Counted from the stretch's first letter, positions 48,708 through 62,439 are shown. The stretch is 64,000 nucleotides of DNA from an uncultured Rhodobacter sp. (GCA_964600965.1 CAZRLO010000004.1:1798-65797); one strand, 5' to 3'. Notes: generated from the letters alone by a model not told the origin. Program-made: numbers and translations.

Positions 48708-48728
48708 TTAACAGTTGAAGAACGTCGT

Positions 48729-50819
48729 TCAACCCACTGAAATCATTTGGATAGACTTTTCCTGCTCCATCAAGTGCAGCAAGACCTGCGCCGCTTGCCC
48801 GCGCGCCGATGTCAGGTCCGGGTCGGTTGCCAGCAGCAGGCGTGCGTCATCCTGCGCCAGTTTCATCAGATCGGCCTGAATCTCCAGATCGGCAATCCGG
48901 AATTTTGGCAGCCCCGATTGCGCCACCCCCAGCACATCCCCGGCACCGCGCAGCTTCAGGTCCTGTTCCGCCAGATAAAAACCGTCGTCGCTGTCGCGCA
49001 ACGCCATCAACCGCTGATGGGCGGCATTGCCCAAGGGCGGAGAATAGATCAGCAGACACGACGATTGCGCCGCCCCCCGCCCGACGCGGCCCCGCAACTG
49101 ATGCAATTGCGCCAGACCAAAATTTTCGGCCTGCTCGATCACCATGATCGACGCCGCGGGCACGTCGACGCCGACCTCGATCACGGTGGTTGCGACCAGA
49201 ACGCGAACTTGCCCGGCAATGAATGCCGCCATGGCCGCGTCCTTTTCGGCCGTTTGCATCTGCCCATGAACCAGACCGACGTTTTCCTCGCCCAGGGCAT
49301 GGCGCAGCGCCTGATACCGATCGGCGGCGGCGGTCCATTCGACCAGCTCGCTCTCCTGAACCAGGGGACACACCCAATAGACCTGCCGGTCCTCGGCCAG
49401 CGCCGATTTCAGGTGCGCCACGACTTCATCGATGCGCCCGGCCGGCATCACGACCGTGCGCACCGGTTTTCTGCCGGGCGGTTTTTCGTCAAGCACCGAG
49501 ACATCCATGTCGCCATATTGTGCCAACGCCAGCGAACGCGGAATCGGGGTTGCGGTCATGACCAGAACATCGACCCCCGCGCCCTTGGCCCCCAGATCCA
49601 TGCGCTGGCGCACCCCGAAACGGTGCTGTTCGTCGATCACGGCAAGGCGCAAATCATTGAATTTGATGTCTTTTTGAAAAACCGCGTGGGTGCCCAGCAG
49701 AACATCGGTTGCCCCGTTGGCCAGACGTTGCAGCTTGGCGACCCGGCTTTTGCCGGTGTCGCGTCCCGTCAGGATCTCCAGCGTCAGGCCGGCGATCTCT
49801 GCAAGCGGCAGCAGCGTTTCCAGATGCTGGCGCGCCAAGATCTCGGTCGGGGCCATCATGACGCCCTGCCCGCCCGCCTCGACCGCGATCAGCAGCGCCA
49901 GCCACGCGACCAGCGTCTTGCCCGAGCCGACATCGCCCTGAAGCAATCGGTTCATCCGATGTTTGCCACCCATGTCCGCCGCAATTTCCGCGATGGCGCG
50001 ACTCTGCGCCTTGGTCGCCTTGAACGGCAACGATTTCAACACCTTGTCTTGCAACTTGCCGGTGGATTGGTTGGCCCGCCCCGGCGCGCGCCGTTGCCGC
50101 GACCGGGCCAACGCCAGCGTTAACTGGTGCGCAAACAATTCATCATACGCCAGACGCTCACGCGGCGGGGCGGCGGGCAACAGATCGCCCGACGATTGCG
50201 GTGCGTGGGCCGTTTGCAGGGCGGCGCGCCATCCGGGCCATTGGCACCGCGACCGGATACCGGGTTCGATCCATTCGGCCAGATCGGGCAATCGTTCGAG
50301 AGCCGAGGCCAGCGCCCGCTGTAACCCCTTTTGCGTCAGCCCGGCGCACAGCGGATAGACGGGTTCATAGACCGGAATGGCGCCCGCCTCGTCGGCGCGT
50401 AGAATATGGTCGGGATGCACCATCTGCGCGACCCCGTCGAACAGTTCCACCTTGCCCGAAACGATGCGCCGCTGGCCGGCGGGCAGATTGCGCCGCAGCC
50501 ATTCGGCGCGGGCGTGAAAAAACACCAGTTGAAAACTGGTCGCCGCATCCCGCACGGTCACGCGATACGGGCGGCCCTTGACGGCGTTCGGATGGTGCGT
50601 GCCGACTTCGACCTCGACCGTGGTGACCACGGGGGCGGTGACCTCGCGGATCGAGTTTTTCGGGTTCCGGTCGATCCCCGCATAGGGCAGCGTCATCACC
50701 AGATCGCGCGGGCGCGCGATGTCCATGGTCGCGAAATGCCGGGCGTTACGCGCGCCGATCCCGGCAAGGCCGGTCATGTCGGCGAAAAGCCCAAACAGCG
50801 ATTCCGGTCGGGGGCTCAT
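48729..50819 (-). CDS. recG: ATP-dependent DNA helicase RecG
   Basis: 696 aa with an N-terminal wedge domain and SF2 helicase motifs (LLQGDVGSGKT, DEQHRFG, MTATPIPR, QLHQLRGRVGRG). Confidence 0.95.
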   Translation of the reverse strand: MSPRPESLFGLFADMTGLAGIGARNARHFATMDIARPRDLVMTLPYAGIDRNPKNSIREVTAPVVTTVEVEVGTHHPNAVKGRPYRVTVRDAATSFQLVFFHARAEWLRRNLPAGQRRIVSGKVELFDGVAQMVHPDHILRADEAGAIPVYEPVYPLCAGLTQKGLQRALASALERLPDLAEWIEPGIRSRCQWPGWRAALQTAHAPQSSGDLLPAAPPRERLAYDELFAHQLTLALARSRQRRAPGRANQSTGKLQDKVLKSLPFKATKAQSRAIAEIAADMGGKHRMNRLLQGDVGSGKTLVAWLALLIAVEAGGQGVMMAPTEILARQHLETLLPLAEIAGLTLEILTGRDTGKSRVAKLQRLANGATDVLLGTHAVFQKDIKFNDLRLAVIDEQHRFGVRQRMDLGAKGAGVDVLVMTATPIPRSLALAQYGDMDVSVLDEKPPGRKPVRTVVMPAGRIDEVVAHLKSALAEDRQVYWVCPLVQESELVEWTAAADRYQALRHALGEENVGLVHGQMQTAEKDAAMAAFIAGQVRVLVATTVIEVGVDVPAASIMVIEQAENFGLAQLHQLRGRVGRGAAQSSCLLIYSPPLGNAAHQRLMALRDSDDGFYLAEQDLKLRGAGDVLGVAQSGLPKFRIADLEIQADLMKLAQDDARLLLATDPDLTSARGQAAQVLLHLMEQEKSIQMISVG

Positions 50820-50829
50820 GGTTGCGGGG

Positions 50830-53768
<2,939 letters not shown>

Positions 53769-53821
53769 GAAATCTCTCCGATGATGGCGGGTGTTTTCTA
53801 TGCGACTCTGGCGTACAATGG

Positions 53822-53836
53822 TTAATCGTTGGTTAC
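53822..53836. promoter_or_regulatory. CtrA-box-like site upstream of ctrA
   Basis: TTAA-tcgttgg-TTAC has one mismatch to TTAA-N7-TTAA(C). It lies 54-68 nt upstream of the ctrA ATG. Confidence 0.4.
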
Positions 53837-53863
53837 CCGTGGCCCAATCCATAGCATTTCAAC

Positions 53864-54142
53864 TTAAGGTTGTCTATACTTCTGTACCGCCGTGGCTCGC
53901 AGGGCCGTTTCGCCGTGTTCGCGGGCCCTTGAAATCCAGTCGTCCAGTTCCTCTGCCGTCAGGCCGTACAACGCGCATGCCTCATCCGCCGTCAGCAATC
54001 CGAATTCCACCGCGCGCACGACCGCACCCTTGCGGCTGGCCACCCAGCGGCGTGTGGCGGGCGGCGGCAGGTCGGCGCGGCTCATGGTCGTGCCGTCGTG
54101 CAATGTCACCAACAATGGTCCCCTGCCCTTTTTGATGTACAT
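53864..54142 (-). CDS. sciP: SciP-like small HTH protein (DUF1153), CtrA antagonist family
   Basis: 92 aa. ...MSRADLPPPATRRWVASRKGAVVRAVEFGLLTADEACALYGLTAEELDDW...GETALRATAVQKY closely follows the Caulobacter SciP pattern (LADLPP..T.RWV.RRKA.VV.AV..GLL...EAC..Y.L...E...W). It lies directly upstream of ctrA. Confidence 0.8.
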   Translation of the reverse strand: MYIKKGRGPLLVTLHDGTTMSRADLPPPATRRWVASRKGAVVRAVEFGLLTADEACALYGLTAEELDDWISRAREHGETALRATAVQKYRQP

Positions 54143-54259
54143 TTCCCCGGTCCTTTCGCGCAGCCAGACTGCACCCGGTTCCTTAAAATGCCGATAATGG
54201 CGGGTCTTGCGACTGCGTAAGATTTTCCTATATTGCGCGCGAAGCAAGGGTTTCCTGAA

Positions 54260-55402
54260 ATGAACGTCGCACAAACCGCCATCACGCCGAACTCGCTGGG
54301 ATTTGCCAAATCCCCGGCCGCCACCCGTGTGCTGGTGGCAATGTCGGGTGGCGTGGACAGTTCGGTGGTGGCGGCGATGCTGGCCGATCAGGGGTATGAT
54401 GTCGTCGGGGTGACGCTGCAACTATACGACCACGGCGCGGCGCTGGCGAAAAAAGGCGCGTGCTGCGCGGGGCGTGACATTCAGGATGCGGCGCGCGTGG
54501 CCCAGGAAATGGGGTTCCCGCATTACGTGCTGGATTACGAGAACCGGTTCCGCGAAAGCGTGATCGATGAATTTGCCGATGCCTATCTGGCGGGCGCGAC
54601 GCCGGTGCCCTGTATCCGCTGCAACGAGCGGGTCAAGTTTCGCGACCTGCTGGAAACCGCACGCGATCTGGCGGCCGACTGCATGGCGACCGGGCACTAT
54701 ATCCAGCGCTTTGACGGACCGCACGGGCCCGAATTGCACACCGCCGGCGATCCGGCGCGCGATCAGTCCTATTTCCTGTTTTCCACGACGCAAACCCAGC
54801 TCGACTACCTGCGATTTCCGCTGGGACACCTGACCAGCAAGGCGGAAACCCGGGCGCTGGCGCGCAGATACGGCCTGCCGGTGGCCGACAAGCCCGACAG
54901 CCAGGACATTTGTTTCGTGCCCAACGGCTCTTACGCCGCCGTGATCGAAAAACTGCGCCCCGGTGCTGCGGAACCGGGCGAGATCGTGCATCTGGATGGG
55001 CGGGTTCTGGGCGAACATCCCGGCGTCATCCATTACACGATCGGACAACGGCGCGGTTTGGGCATCGGTGGGGGCGAGCCGCTTTATGTGGTGAAGCTCG
55101 ATGCCGACGCGCGGCGCGTGATCGTGGGCGCAAAGGCCGATCTTGCGACCGGTAACATCGGGGTGGATCAGGTCAACTGGCTGGGCGACGGTGATTTTGC
55201 CGACGCGCGGGAACATCATGTGCGGGTGCGGGTGCGATCCACCCGGCCACCGCGCCCGGCGATACTGCGCCCGCAGGACGATACCCGGGGCGAGGTCGAA
55301 TTGCTGACCCCGGAAGAGGGGGTCGCCCCCGGTCAGGCCTGTGTCTTTTACGGCGCTGACGACACACGGGTATTGGGCGGCGGCTGGATCGCGCGGGCCT
55401 AG
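54260..55402 (+). CDS. mnmA: tRNA 2-thiouridine(34) synthase
   Basis: A PP-loop ([13 protein letters not shown]) with the conserved CCAGRD, PCIRCN and ATGHY strings. Confidence 0.93.
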   Translation: MNVAQTAITPNSLGFAKSPAATRVLVAMSGGVDSSVVAAMLADQGYDVVGVTLQLYDHGAALAKKGACCAGRDIQDAARVAQEMGFPHYVLDYENRFRESVIDEFADAYLAGATPVPCIRCNERVKFRDLLETARDLAADCMATGHYIQRFDGPHGPELHTAGDPARDQSYFLFSTTQTQLDYLRFPLGHLTSKAETRALARRYGLPVADKPDSQDICFVPNGSYAAVIEKLRPGAAEPGEIVHLDGRVLGEHPGVIHYTIGQRRGLGIGGGEPLYVVKLDADARRVIVGAKADLATGNIGVDQVNWLGDGDFADAREHHVRVRVRSTRPPRPAILRPQDDTRGEVELLTPEEGVAPGQACVFYGADDTRVLGGGWIARA

Positions 55403-56025
55403 TTCACGCTGACGACAACGCAGCCTTCGCCGCTGACTTTCGCCTTTTCCGCCTCGGCCCGGCAGGCGGCGAGGGCATTTTCCTCTGCGGCCTCGGGGGA
55501 TTCCGCCTTGATCGACGACCCCCAGAAACCAAGATCGGGTTCAATGGCAAAGGCCTTGGGCCTGCCACCCTTGCGGTAGGATTTGGTGAATTCCTCGGTC
55601 GCCGGATAGCTGAGGCTGAAAGCAGCCGGTTCCTCATAACCGCGCGGCAGAAATTCGGCCAGAACCACGCAGGGTTCGGACTGTTCCTTGCGTTTCTCGT
55701 CGCAATCCGCGATGGCGGCGGCATGGGCGGCGGCGGCGGAATGGTGTTTTACCGCGACCGTGGCCGAAGGCGACTGCATCCCCTCGTCCGGGCTGATGGC
55801 GATGGCCTCATAGTATTTCTGAACCGCGACCGCCGCTTGCAGCGCGGTGACCATGGCCTCGGGCACCAGTTCGGGCGCCAGAATCCGCACTTCGGTCGGG
55901 CGCTTGTTGATCTTGTAAAGCATTTTTGCCGCGATACGCGCGTTCGGCAATTCCTGCGCCATCGCTGGTTGGCAGGCGGCCAGAATTGCAGCAAGGGGCG
56001 CAGCGGACCGAAGGGTTGGTTTCAT
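55399..56025 (-). CDS. putative lipoprotein, function unknown
   Basis: 208 aa from ATG 56025. A signal peptide with a lipobox (LAAILAAC) is present. I recognise no domain. There is a 4-bp convergent overlap with mnmA. Confidence 0.55.
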   Translation of the reverse strand: MKPTLRSAAPLAAILAACQPAMAQELPNARIAAKMLYKINKRPTEVRILAPELVPEAMVTALQAAVAVQKYYEAIAISPDEGMQSPSATVAVKHHSAAAAHAAAIADCDEKRKEQSEPCVVLAEFLPRGYEEPAAFSLSYPATEEFTKSYRKGGRPKAFAIEPDLGFWGSSIKAESPEAAEENALAACRAEAEKAKVSGEGCVVVSVN

Positions 56026-56227
56026 CGATTTTCTCGCAGGCTGTTCAGGGACCGGGCCGAGCATAGCGCCCGCAAGCGTGCTGTGCATCCCGGAAATGCC
56101 GCGGATTGTCCGGCAATCGCGGAAAATCACGCCGCAACGGGCCGATTGCGCTACTCCCGCCGCGTTCGATTTGATCTGGACCTTCCGGCGGCGGGTGCTA
56201 GCCTCGCGCCCGGCCCAACCAAAGGAA

Positions 56228-57604
56228 ATGATGATGTCGCTTGAAAGAGTGCTTGCCCATATCGACGCCGATCTGAATGCCGCCACCGAGCGGCTGATGG
56301 AATTGCTGCGCATCCAGTCAATCTCGACCGACCCGGCCTATGCCGCGGATTGCGACAAGGCCGCCGACTGGCTGGTGGCCGATCTGCGCGGGCTGGGGTT
56401 TGACGCGGGCAAGCGCGAAACGCCGGGCCATCCGATGGTCGTTGGCCACGCGCCGGGGCCGGGACCGCATGTGATGTTCTATGGCCATTACGATGTGCAA
56501 CCCGTCGACCCGCTGGATTTGTGGGACCGCCCGCCGTTTGAACCCGCATTGGAAGAGACCCCGCGCGGCACGGTTCTGCGCGGGCGCGGTACCTCGGACG
56601 ACAAGGGCCAGTTGATGACCTTTGTCGAGGCCTGCCGGGCCTGGGTCGCGGTGACCGGTGCCCTGCCCGCCCGCATTTCGATGTTCTTTGAGGGCGAAGA
56701 GGAAAGCGGATCGCCCTCGCTGGTGCCGTTCATGCGTGAAAACGCCGAGGAACTCAGCGCCGACGTCGCCCTGATCTGCGACACCGGGCTGTTTCAGGAG
56801 ACCGTTCCCGCCATCGTGACCATGCTGCGCGGGCTGTTGGCCGAAGAATTGATCATCACCGGCCCCGACAAGGATCTGCATTCCGGCATGTTCGGCGGGG
56901 TGGCGATCAACCCGATCCGGGTGCTGTCGCGCATCATCGCGGGCCTGCATGACGATGACGGGCGCGTGACGCTGCCGGGGTTCTATGACGGTGTGCCGGA
57001 ATTGTCGGATGAAATCCGCAGCCAGTGGCAGAACCTGGCCTTTGATCATGCGCGGTTTCTGGGCGATGTCGGGCTGAGCCAGCCCGCCGGCGAAACCGAC
57101 CGCACCCCGCTGGAGATGATCTGGTCGCGTCCCACCTGCGAGGTGAACGGGATTTCGGGCGGGTATGAAGGCGATGGATTCAAGACCGTCCTGCCATCAA
57201 AGGCGATGGCCAAGATCAGCTTCCGGCTGGTCGGGGATCAGGACCCCGATGCGATCCATGCCAGTTTTGTCGAATACGTCAATGCGATGCTGCCACCGGA
57301 CTGTTCGGCGGAATTTCCGCTGGGTCATGGTGCGGGTGCCAGCCGGATGTCGACCGATCATCCGGCCTTTGAGGCCGCGCGCCGCGCGCTGTCCGAAGAG
57401 TGGTCGCGCCCCGCCGCCTATGTCGGTTGTGGGGGATCGATTCCCATTGCCGGGCATTTCAAGGATATTCTGGGGCTCGACGCCCTGCTGATCGGGTTTG
57501 GGCGCGATGACGACCAGATCCATTCGCCCAACGAAAAATATGATCTGGAGTGTTTCCACAAAGGCATTCGAAGCTGGGCGCGGATATTGGCGGCGCTTTC
57601 CTGA
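56228..57604 (+). CDS. M20/M25/M40-family metallopeptidase (dipeptidase/desuccinylase-like)
   Basis: Carries FYGHYDVQP, the GRG.SDDKGQ catalytic-Asp context and EGEEESGS metal ligands. There are three consecutive ATGs at 56228-56236. Confidence 0.85.
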   Translation: MMMSLERVLAHIDADLNAATERLMELLRIQSISTDPAYAADCDKAADWLVADLRGLGFDAGKRETPGHPMVVGHAPGPGPHVMFYGHYDVQPVDPLDLWDRPPFEPALEETPRGTVLRGRGTSDDKGQLMTFVEACRAWVAVTGALPARISMFFEGEEESGSPSLVPFMRENAEELSADVALICDTGLFQETVPAIVTMLRGLLAEELIITGPDKDLHSGMFGGVAINPIRVLSRIIAGLHDDDGRVTLPGFYDGVPELSDEIRSQWQNLAFDHARFLGDVGLSQPAGETDRTPLEMIWSRPTCEVNGISGGYEGDGFKTVLPSKAMAKISFRLVGDQDPDAIHASFVEYVNAMLPPDCSAEFPLGHGAGASRMSTDHPAFEAARRALSEEWSRPAAYVGCGGSIPIAGHFKDILGLDALLIGFGRDDDQIHSPNEKYDLECFHKGIRSWARILAALS

Positions 57605-57652
57605 CGTCGATGCGGTGCCGCCTTCGGCGAGAGTATTTTGGAACCATGAAGA

Positions 57653-58111
57653 TCAGGGTGCAGACAGCGACTTGATCCAGCCCAGAACCCGCCGTCGGTT
57701 GACGCCCCGGTCACCGTAACCAAAGCGCGCGCGTGAAAAGATCGCGACCGTGGCGCGGTCACTTGCGAGCGGGATGAATTTCACCGACACGTAGTCTGGA
57801 TATCCCATGACCGGGGTACGGGCCACATAGGTGGCCCACAATCCGTCCGGGGCACCGGCCAGTCTGGTCACGTGCCTTTCGCGCAGCACCAGATCATCAA
57901 AGGCCGCCGCCAGCGCCGTCGCGGAAACGGCAAATTCTGGGGCCGGATATTTGCCGGTGCCGGGGCGCAACAAAAAGGCATTGGGTGTCGCCGGTTTTTC
58001 GGCGGTCAGAGGATCGACATGCCAGACCTGCGGGTCGCTGGGCGCGAAACGGATATAGAGCACCACCGCGAGCGCAAGAAGGACCAGCAGCAGCAACGCG
58101 AGTTTCAGCAT
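57653..58111 (-). CDS. DUF1499-domain protein with N-terminal TM anchor
   Basis: 152 aa. MLKLALLLLVLLALAVVLY..., then ...GYPDYVSV.F..........SR.R.G..D.GVNR.R, the pattern of DUF1499. Confidence 0.7.
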   Translation of the reverse strand: MLKLALLLLVLLALAVVLYIRFAPSDPQVWHVDPLTAEKPATPNAFLLRPGTGKYPAPEFAVSATALAAAFDDLVLRERHVTRLAGAPDGLWATYVARTPVMGYPDYVSVKFIPLASDRATVAIFSRARFGYGDRGVNRRRVLGWIKSLSAP

Positions 58112-58114
58112 GGC

Positions 58115-59236
58115 CTATTGCGCCGCCTGCGCGGCGGCTTCGAGTTCCGTGGCTCTGGCCTCGACCGCCTCGACGATATGTTCGATCAGATCATCATTGG
58201 ACAATTTATGATCCTGCCGCCCGGCCAGATAAACCATGCCCGCGCCGGCCCCGCCGCCGGTGAACCCGATATCGGTCATCAGCGCCTCGCCGGGGCCGTT
58301 GACCACGCAACCGATGATCGAAAGCGAGATCGGCGTGCGGATATGAGCCAGCCGCTCTTCCAGAATGGCAACGGTCTTGATCACATCAAAACCCTGCCGC
58401 GCACAGGAGGGACAGGAAATGATCGTGACCCCGCGATGCCTGAGACCCAGCGATTTCAGAATCTCAAACCCGGCCTTCACCTCTTCGACCGGGTCCGCCG
58501 ACAGGCTGACGCGCAGCGTATCCCCGATCCCCGCCCATAGCAGGCTGCCAAGGCCGATGGCCGATTTGATGGTGCCGGAAACCAGGCCGCCGGCCTCGGT
58601 AATGCCCAGATGGATCGGCGCATCGGTCGCGTCGGCCAGCCCGTGATAGGCCGCCGCCGCCATGAACACGTCGGACGCTTTCACGCTGATCTTGAATTCA
58701 TGAAAATCGTTGTCCTGAAGAATGCGGATGTGGTCCAGCCCGCTTTCGATCATCGCATCCGGGCAGGGTTCGCCGTATTTTTCCAGCAGGTGTTTTTCGA
58801 GCGATCCCGCATTGACCCCGATCCGGATCGAACATTGATTGGCCCGCGCCGCCCGGATCACCTCGCGCACGCGGTCCGGTTTGCCGATATTGCCGGGATT
58901 GATCCTGAGACACGCGGCCCCGGCATCCGCCGCCTCGATCGCGCGGCGATAGTGAAAGTGGATGTCGGCCACCAGCGGCACCGGGCTTTCGCGCGCGATT
59001 TCCCGCATCGCGGCGGTCGAATCCTCGTCCGGGCAAGAGACGCGCGCGATATCGGCCCCCGCCTCGGCGCAGGCCTCGATCTGGCGGATGGTTGCACCGG
59101 CATCGGCTGTCGACGTGTTGGTCATGGTCTGGACGGTGATCGGCGAACCGTTGCCGACCGGGACATTTCCGACATGGATCAGGCGCGATTTGCGCCGCGC
59201 GATGTCGCGCCAGGGCCGGATGGGGTTATGAGGCAT
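58115..59236 (-). CDS. ispG: 4-hydroxy-3-methylbut-2-en-1-yl diphosphate synthase
   Basis: Carries [33 protein letters not shown] and C-terminal Fe-S cysteines (SCPSCAR...GCVVNGPGE). Confidence 0.95.
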   Translation of the reverse strand: MPHNPIRPWRDIARRKSRLIHVGNVPVGNGSPITVQTMTNTSTADAGATIRQIEACAEAGADIARVSCPDEDSTAAMREIARESPVPLVADIHFHYRRAIEAADAGAACLRINPGNIGKPDRVREVIRAARANQCSIRIGVNAGSLEKHLLEKYGEPCPDAMIESGLDHIRILQDNDFHEFKISVKASDVFMAAAAYHGLADATDAPIHLGITEAGGLVSGTIKSAIGLGSLLWAGIGDTLRVSLSADPVEEVKAGFEILKSLGLRHRGVTIISCPSCARQGFDVIKTVAILEERLAHIRTPISLSIIGCVVNGPGEALMTDIGFTGGGAGAGMVYLAGRQDHKLSNDDLIEHIVEAVEARATELEAAAQAAQ

Positions 59237-59303
59237 GTCCGCACCAGATGCGTTGGGTCAGGGGATTGCTTACCGCAGACGGGTGCTGCTGGCAACGAGT
59301 CCG

Positions 59304-60434
59304 CTATTCGTTGAGCGGTGTTTCGTTGAGCGTGATCACGCGTGGGCTTTCCAGCTCCTTCAGCGCGGCATCGTCGCTGACGGCGGGATAACCGGCCAGG
59401 ATCTTCGCCGGGTCCAGGGCCACATTCTTGACCACCGACGTGCCGCCGCCAAGGGGGCCGAATATTTTCGCGCCCAGCGTCAGGTAGACCGCGCCGGAAT
59501 TCCCGGCCCTGAGCACGGTTCCGGTGGCCCCGACCGGAAGCCGGAAACTTTCGCCGCCATCGAGGATTTTTTCGAACAGGACGGTGCCATCGGCCTGCGA
59601 GACCCGCACCCAGGCGGCGCGACGCGCGACGATGGCGACGCGGGGCGCGGCGACCTCGGTCACGCGCGGGGGAATGCGTTCCAGCAAAGCGGCGGTTTCC
59701 GCGGCCTGATGGCCGCCATTGTTGGGCACCAGTGCCCCGATATCATCCGGATCCAGCCCCGCAATCGGCCCGTCGCGCGGGGTCATCACCGGTACGTCCA
59801 GTTCTTTGGGCCGGTAAAGCTGATCCAGCGCGGCAGATTTGCCGGCGGTGTCCGCGGGCAGGCTGGTCAGGGGCTGCTCGGTCTCGCTGATCGGCGCGAA
59901 TTCGACCCTCTGAATGTCCTGCAACACCATCCAGGCCCCGTAACCGATGCCCAGAATCAGCACCAGCAACACGAAAACCGATCCCAATGCCGCGGGCGAG
60001 ACCTGGGTCAGAAACCCGTCCTGCACCGGAACAAAGCGTGTGCCGGTCTGCGCCAGCGGGTCGGGTGCCGATGCGCCGCGCGGCGCAACGACGGGTTTCG
60101 GTTCCGTCGCGACCGGTTTCGGCATGTGCGTGATATTGGCGTGCACACCGTCAAACCCGGCTTCGACGCAAAAATGCGCGAACGTCGTTTCCGGATCGAG
60201 ATTCAGATAGCGTGCATAGGAGCGGACATAACCGGCGATGAAACCCGGTGTCTGAAATGCCGACGGATCGCAGCTTTCGATTGCCGCGATATAGGCGGCC
60301 TTGATCCTGAGATCGCGTTGAACGTCCAGAAGAGATTTGCCAAGGGTCGCGCGTTCACCGCGCATGAGGTCGCCCAGATGAACCGGGTAGGAATCATAGC
60401 CCCTGACCTCTGACATTTCGGCACTGTCGCTCAT
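59304..60434 (-). CDS. RodZ-like HTH / DUF4115 membrane protein
   Basis: An N-terminal XRE-type HTH (LGDLMRGERATLGKSLLDVQRDLRIKAAYIAAIE), a central TM segment (ALGSVFVLLVLILGIGYGAWMV) and a C-terminal beta-rich domain. Confidence 0.7.
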   Translation of the reverse strand: MSDSAEMSEVRGYDSYPVHLGDLMRGERATLGKSLLDVQRDLRIKAAYIAAIESCDPSAFQTPGFIAGYVRSYARYLNLDPETTFAHFCVEAGFDGVHANITHMPKPVATEPKPVVAPRGASAPDPLAQTGTRFVPVQDGFLTQVSPAALGSVFVLLVLILGIGYGAWMVLQDIQRVEFAPISETEQPLTSLPADTAGKSAALDQLYRPKELDVPVMTPRDGPIAGLDPDDIGALVPNNGGHQAAETAALLERIPPRVTEVAAPRVAIVARRAAWVRVSQADGTVLFEKILDGGESFRLPVGATGTVLRAGNSGAVYLTLGAKIFGPLGGGTSVVKNVALDPAKILAGYPAVSDDAALKELESPRVITLNETPLNE

Positions 60435-60550
60435 GCCCGCCCCAGATTGCGCACTCGGCAGCCCCCCCGCCGAAAGCCGATTCGTGATCGGCTGCTTGTT
60501 GCGTCGTCATGTTAGCACAAGATTTCGGAGCTTGCACCGGTTGGGTTGGG

Positions 60551-61774
60551 CTATGCGCTCAACTCGGCACGATTTAGCTCACATTTCTGCCAGAGCTGAT
60601 CCATGGCGTCGATCAGGCGGTTCATCAGTTCGGGCGTATGCACGGGCGATGGGGTGAACCGCAGGCGTTCGGTGCCGCGCGGCACCGTCGGGAAATTGAT
60701 CGGCTGCACGTAGATGCCGTGATCCTCCAGCAGCATGTCCGACAGCATCTTGCACTTGACCGGATTGCCGACATGGACCGGCACGATATGGCTGCCGTGA
60801 TCAGTGAACGGCAGGCCAAGCCCGCGCAGGCGCGATTTCAGAATCGCGGCGTTGGTCTGTTGCTGCACGCGCAGTGTGTCGTCCGCTTTCAGATGCCGGA
60901 TCGAGGCGGTCGCGCCCGCGGCAATTGCCGGTGGCAGTGATGTGGTGAAAATGAAGCCCGGTGCATAGGACCGGATGGCATCGACCATTTTTGCCGACGC
61001 GGCGACATAACCGCCGGTCACGCCATAGGCCTTGGCCAGCGTGCCGTTGATCAGATCAATGCGGTGGGCCAGATCGTCCCTTTCAGTGATGCCGCCCCCG
61101 CGCGGGCCGTACATGCCAACGGTGTGTACTTCGTCGATATAGGTCAGCGCGTCGAATTCATCGGCCAGATCGCAAATCGCGGCGACCGGCGCGAAATCGC
61201 CGTCCATCGAATAGAGCGATTCAAAGGCGATGACGATGGGACGTCCGGGTTCTACCGCCTCGAGCAATTCGCGCAGATGCGCCAGATCGTTGTGCCGGAA
61301 AATGTGTTTCTCGCAATTGCCGTGGCGGATGCCGGCGATCATCGAGGCATGGTTCAGTTCGTCGGACAGAATGACCAGCCCCGGAAACAGGCGCGGCAGC
61401 ACCGAAAGCGTGGCGTCATTGGCGATATAGGCCGAGGTGAAGACCAGTGCCGCCTCCTTGCCGTGCAGATCGGCAATCTCGGCCTCCAGCGCCTTGTGAT
61501 AAACCGTGGTGCCGGAAATATTTCGCGTGCCGCCGGAACCCGCGCCGGTGGCGTCAAGGGCTTCATGCATGGCGGCCAGCACATCGGGATGCTGGCCCAT
61601 GCCCAGATAATCGTTGCCGCACCAGACCGTTATGTCGCGCGTCGTACCGTCCGGCGCGTGCCAGATTGCATGGGGGAACTTGCCTCTGATCCGCTCAAGA
61701 TCGATGAAGGTACGATAGCGTCCCTCGTCGTGAAGGGCCTGCAATGCCCGGTCAAGTCGCGATGAATAGTCCAT
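60551..61774 (-). CDS. hemA: 5-aminolevulinate synthase
   Basis: 407 aa from ATG 61774 ([23 protein letters not shown]). Alpha-oxoamine synthase motifs are [23 protein letters not shown] and the PLP-Lys context GTLAKAYG. The ORF-track 5' extension is discarded. Confidence 0.93.
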   Translation of the reverse strand: MDYSSRLDRALQALHDEGRYRTFIDLERIRGKFPHAIWHAPDGTTRDITVWCGNDYLGMGQHPDVLAAMHEALDATGAGSGGTRNISGTTVYHKALEAEIADLHGKEAALVFTSAYIANDATLSVLPRLFPGLVILSDELNHASMIAGIRHGNCEKHIFRHNDLAHLRELLEAVEPGRPIVIAFESLYSMDGDFAPVAAICDLADEFDALTYIDEVHTVGMYGPRGGGITERDDLAHRIDLINGTLAKAYGVTGGYVAASAKMVDAIRSYAPGFIFTTSLPPAIAAGATASIRHLKADDTLRVQQQTNAAILKSRLRGLGLPFTDHGSHIVPVHVGNPVKCKMLSDMLLEDHGIYVQPINFPTVPRGTERLRFTPSPVHTPELMNRLIDAMDQLWQKCELNRAELSA

Positions 61775-62082
61775 GACATCCTCGTAGCAGTCGCCTTGGG
61801 TTATAGCAATCGGCGGGTCGGTTGCAGATACCAAATCGACGCAGCGGAGCAAGGCGCGGGCGGCGGTCAAGGCATGGGTTCGTTGCCGGTTTGGGGGTCG
61901 AGTTGGGTGCCCAACCGGCGTGTTGCCGGGTCCGGCGGATGGCGCGTGGCACCGGTCCGAGGGTGCCGCGCACGATTGTCCGGCATTGCAAGGTCGGCCG
62001 AACCCAAATTCGCGCGGCGCGACGGCGCCCCGCGGGGCCGACACGATCATGCGCGGACGGCCGCCGTATTTGACGCCGAAGC

Positions 62083-62184
62083 GTTGCCGTCGGCCCCAAA
62101 ACCGCCGGGATCACGACCGTGCATGTTGTCGTGTCCGTTACGCCGGCAGTTGCCGTCGGCCTCAAAACCGCCGGGATCACGACC
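62083..62184. repeat. 36-bp direct repeat, two copies 66 bp apart (35/36 identical)
   Basis: GTTGCCGTCGGCC(C/T)CAAAACCGCCGGGATCACGACC occurs at 62083-62118 and 62149-62184. It lies in the non-coding region upstream of hemA. Confidence 0.85.
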
Positions 62185-62439
62185 AAATGACCAAACCGGG
62201 TGCCGGCCCCGAGGCCGGTGGACAATCCCCGGTCCCTATCGGTTTCGGTCAAACCCCAGCCGGGCCAGCCAATTTTGCACGACGCATGGCGGCCACCGAT
62301 CCAGCGGGATTGCGCCGCAATGGCGAAACACACCTGATCCCACGGGAATGCCGCGAAAATATCCCCAGCCGCAATAATTCCCTTCCGATCAGACGATCAC
62401 GGTGGCCATATCCGTCGCGCCGGACACAAATTTCTACGG

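Noticed and set aside
54183-54197. A CtrA box upstream of sciP (TTAA-aatgccg-ATAA).
   Set aside because: Only the first half-site is intact. Without comparative data it is indistinguishable from background AT-rich promoter sequence.
61752-62333. ORFs of 176-193 aa filling the hemA upstream region (61752-62333 minus, 61796-62377 plus, 61920-62450 plus), considered as genes or a pseudogene.
   Set aside because: All three are Arg/Pro/Gly-rich with no recognisable motif. They overlap one another in different frames, and the internal 'VVIPAVL.PTAT' duplication merely reflects the 36-bp DNA repeat.
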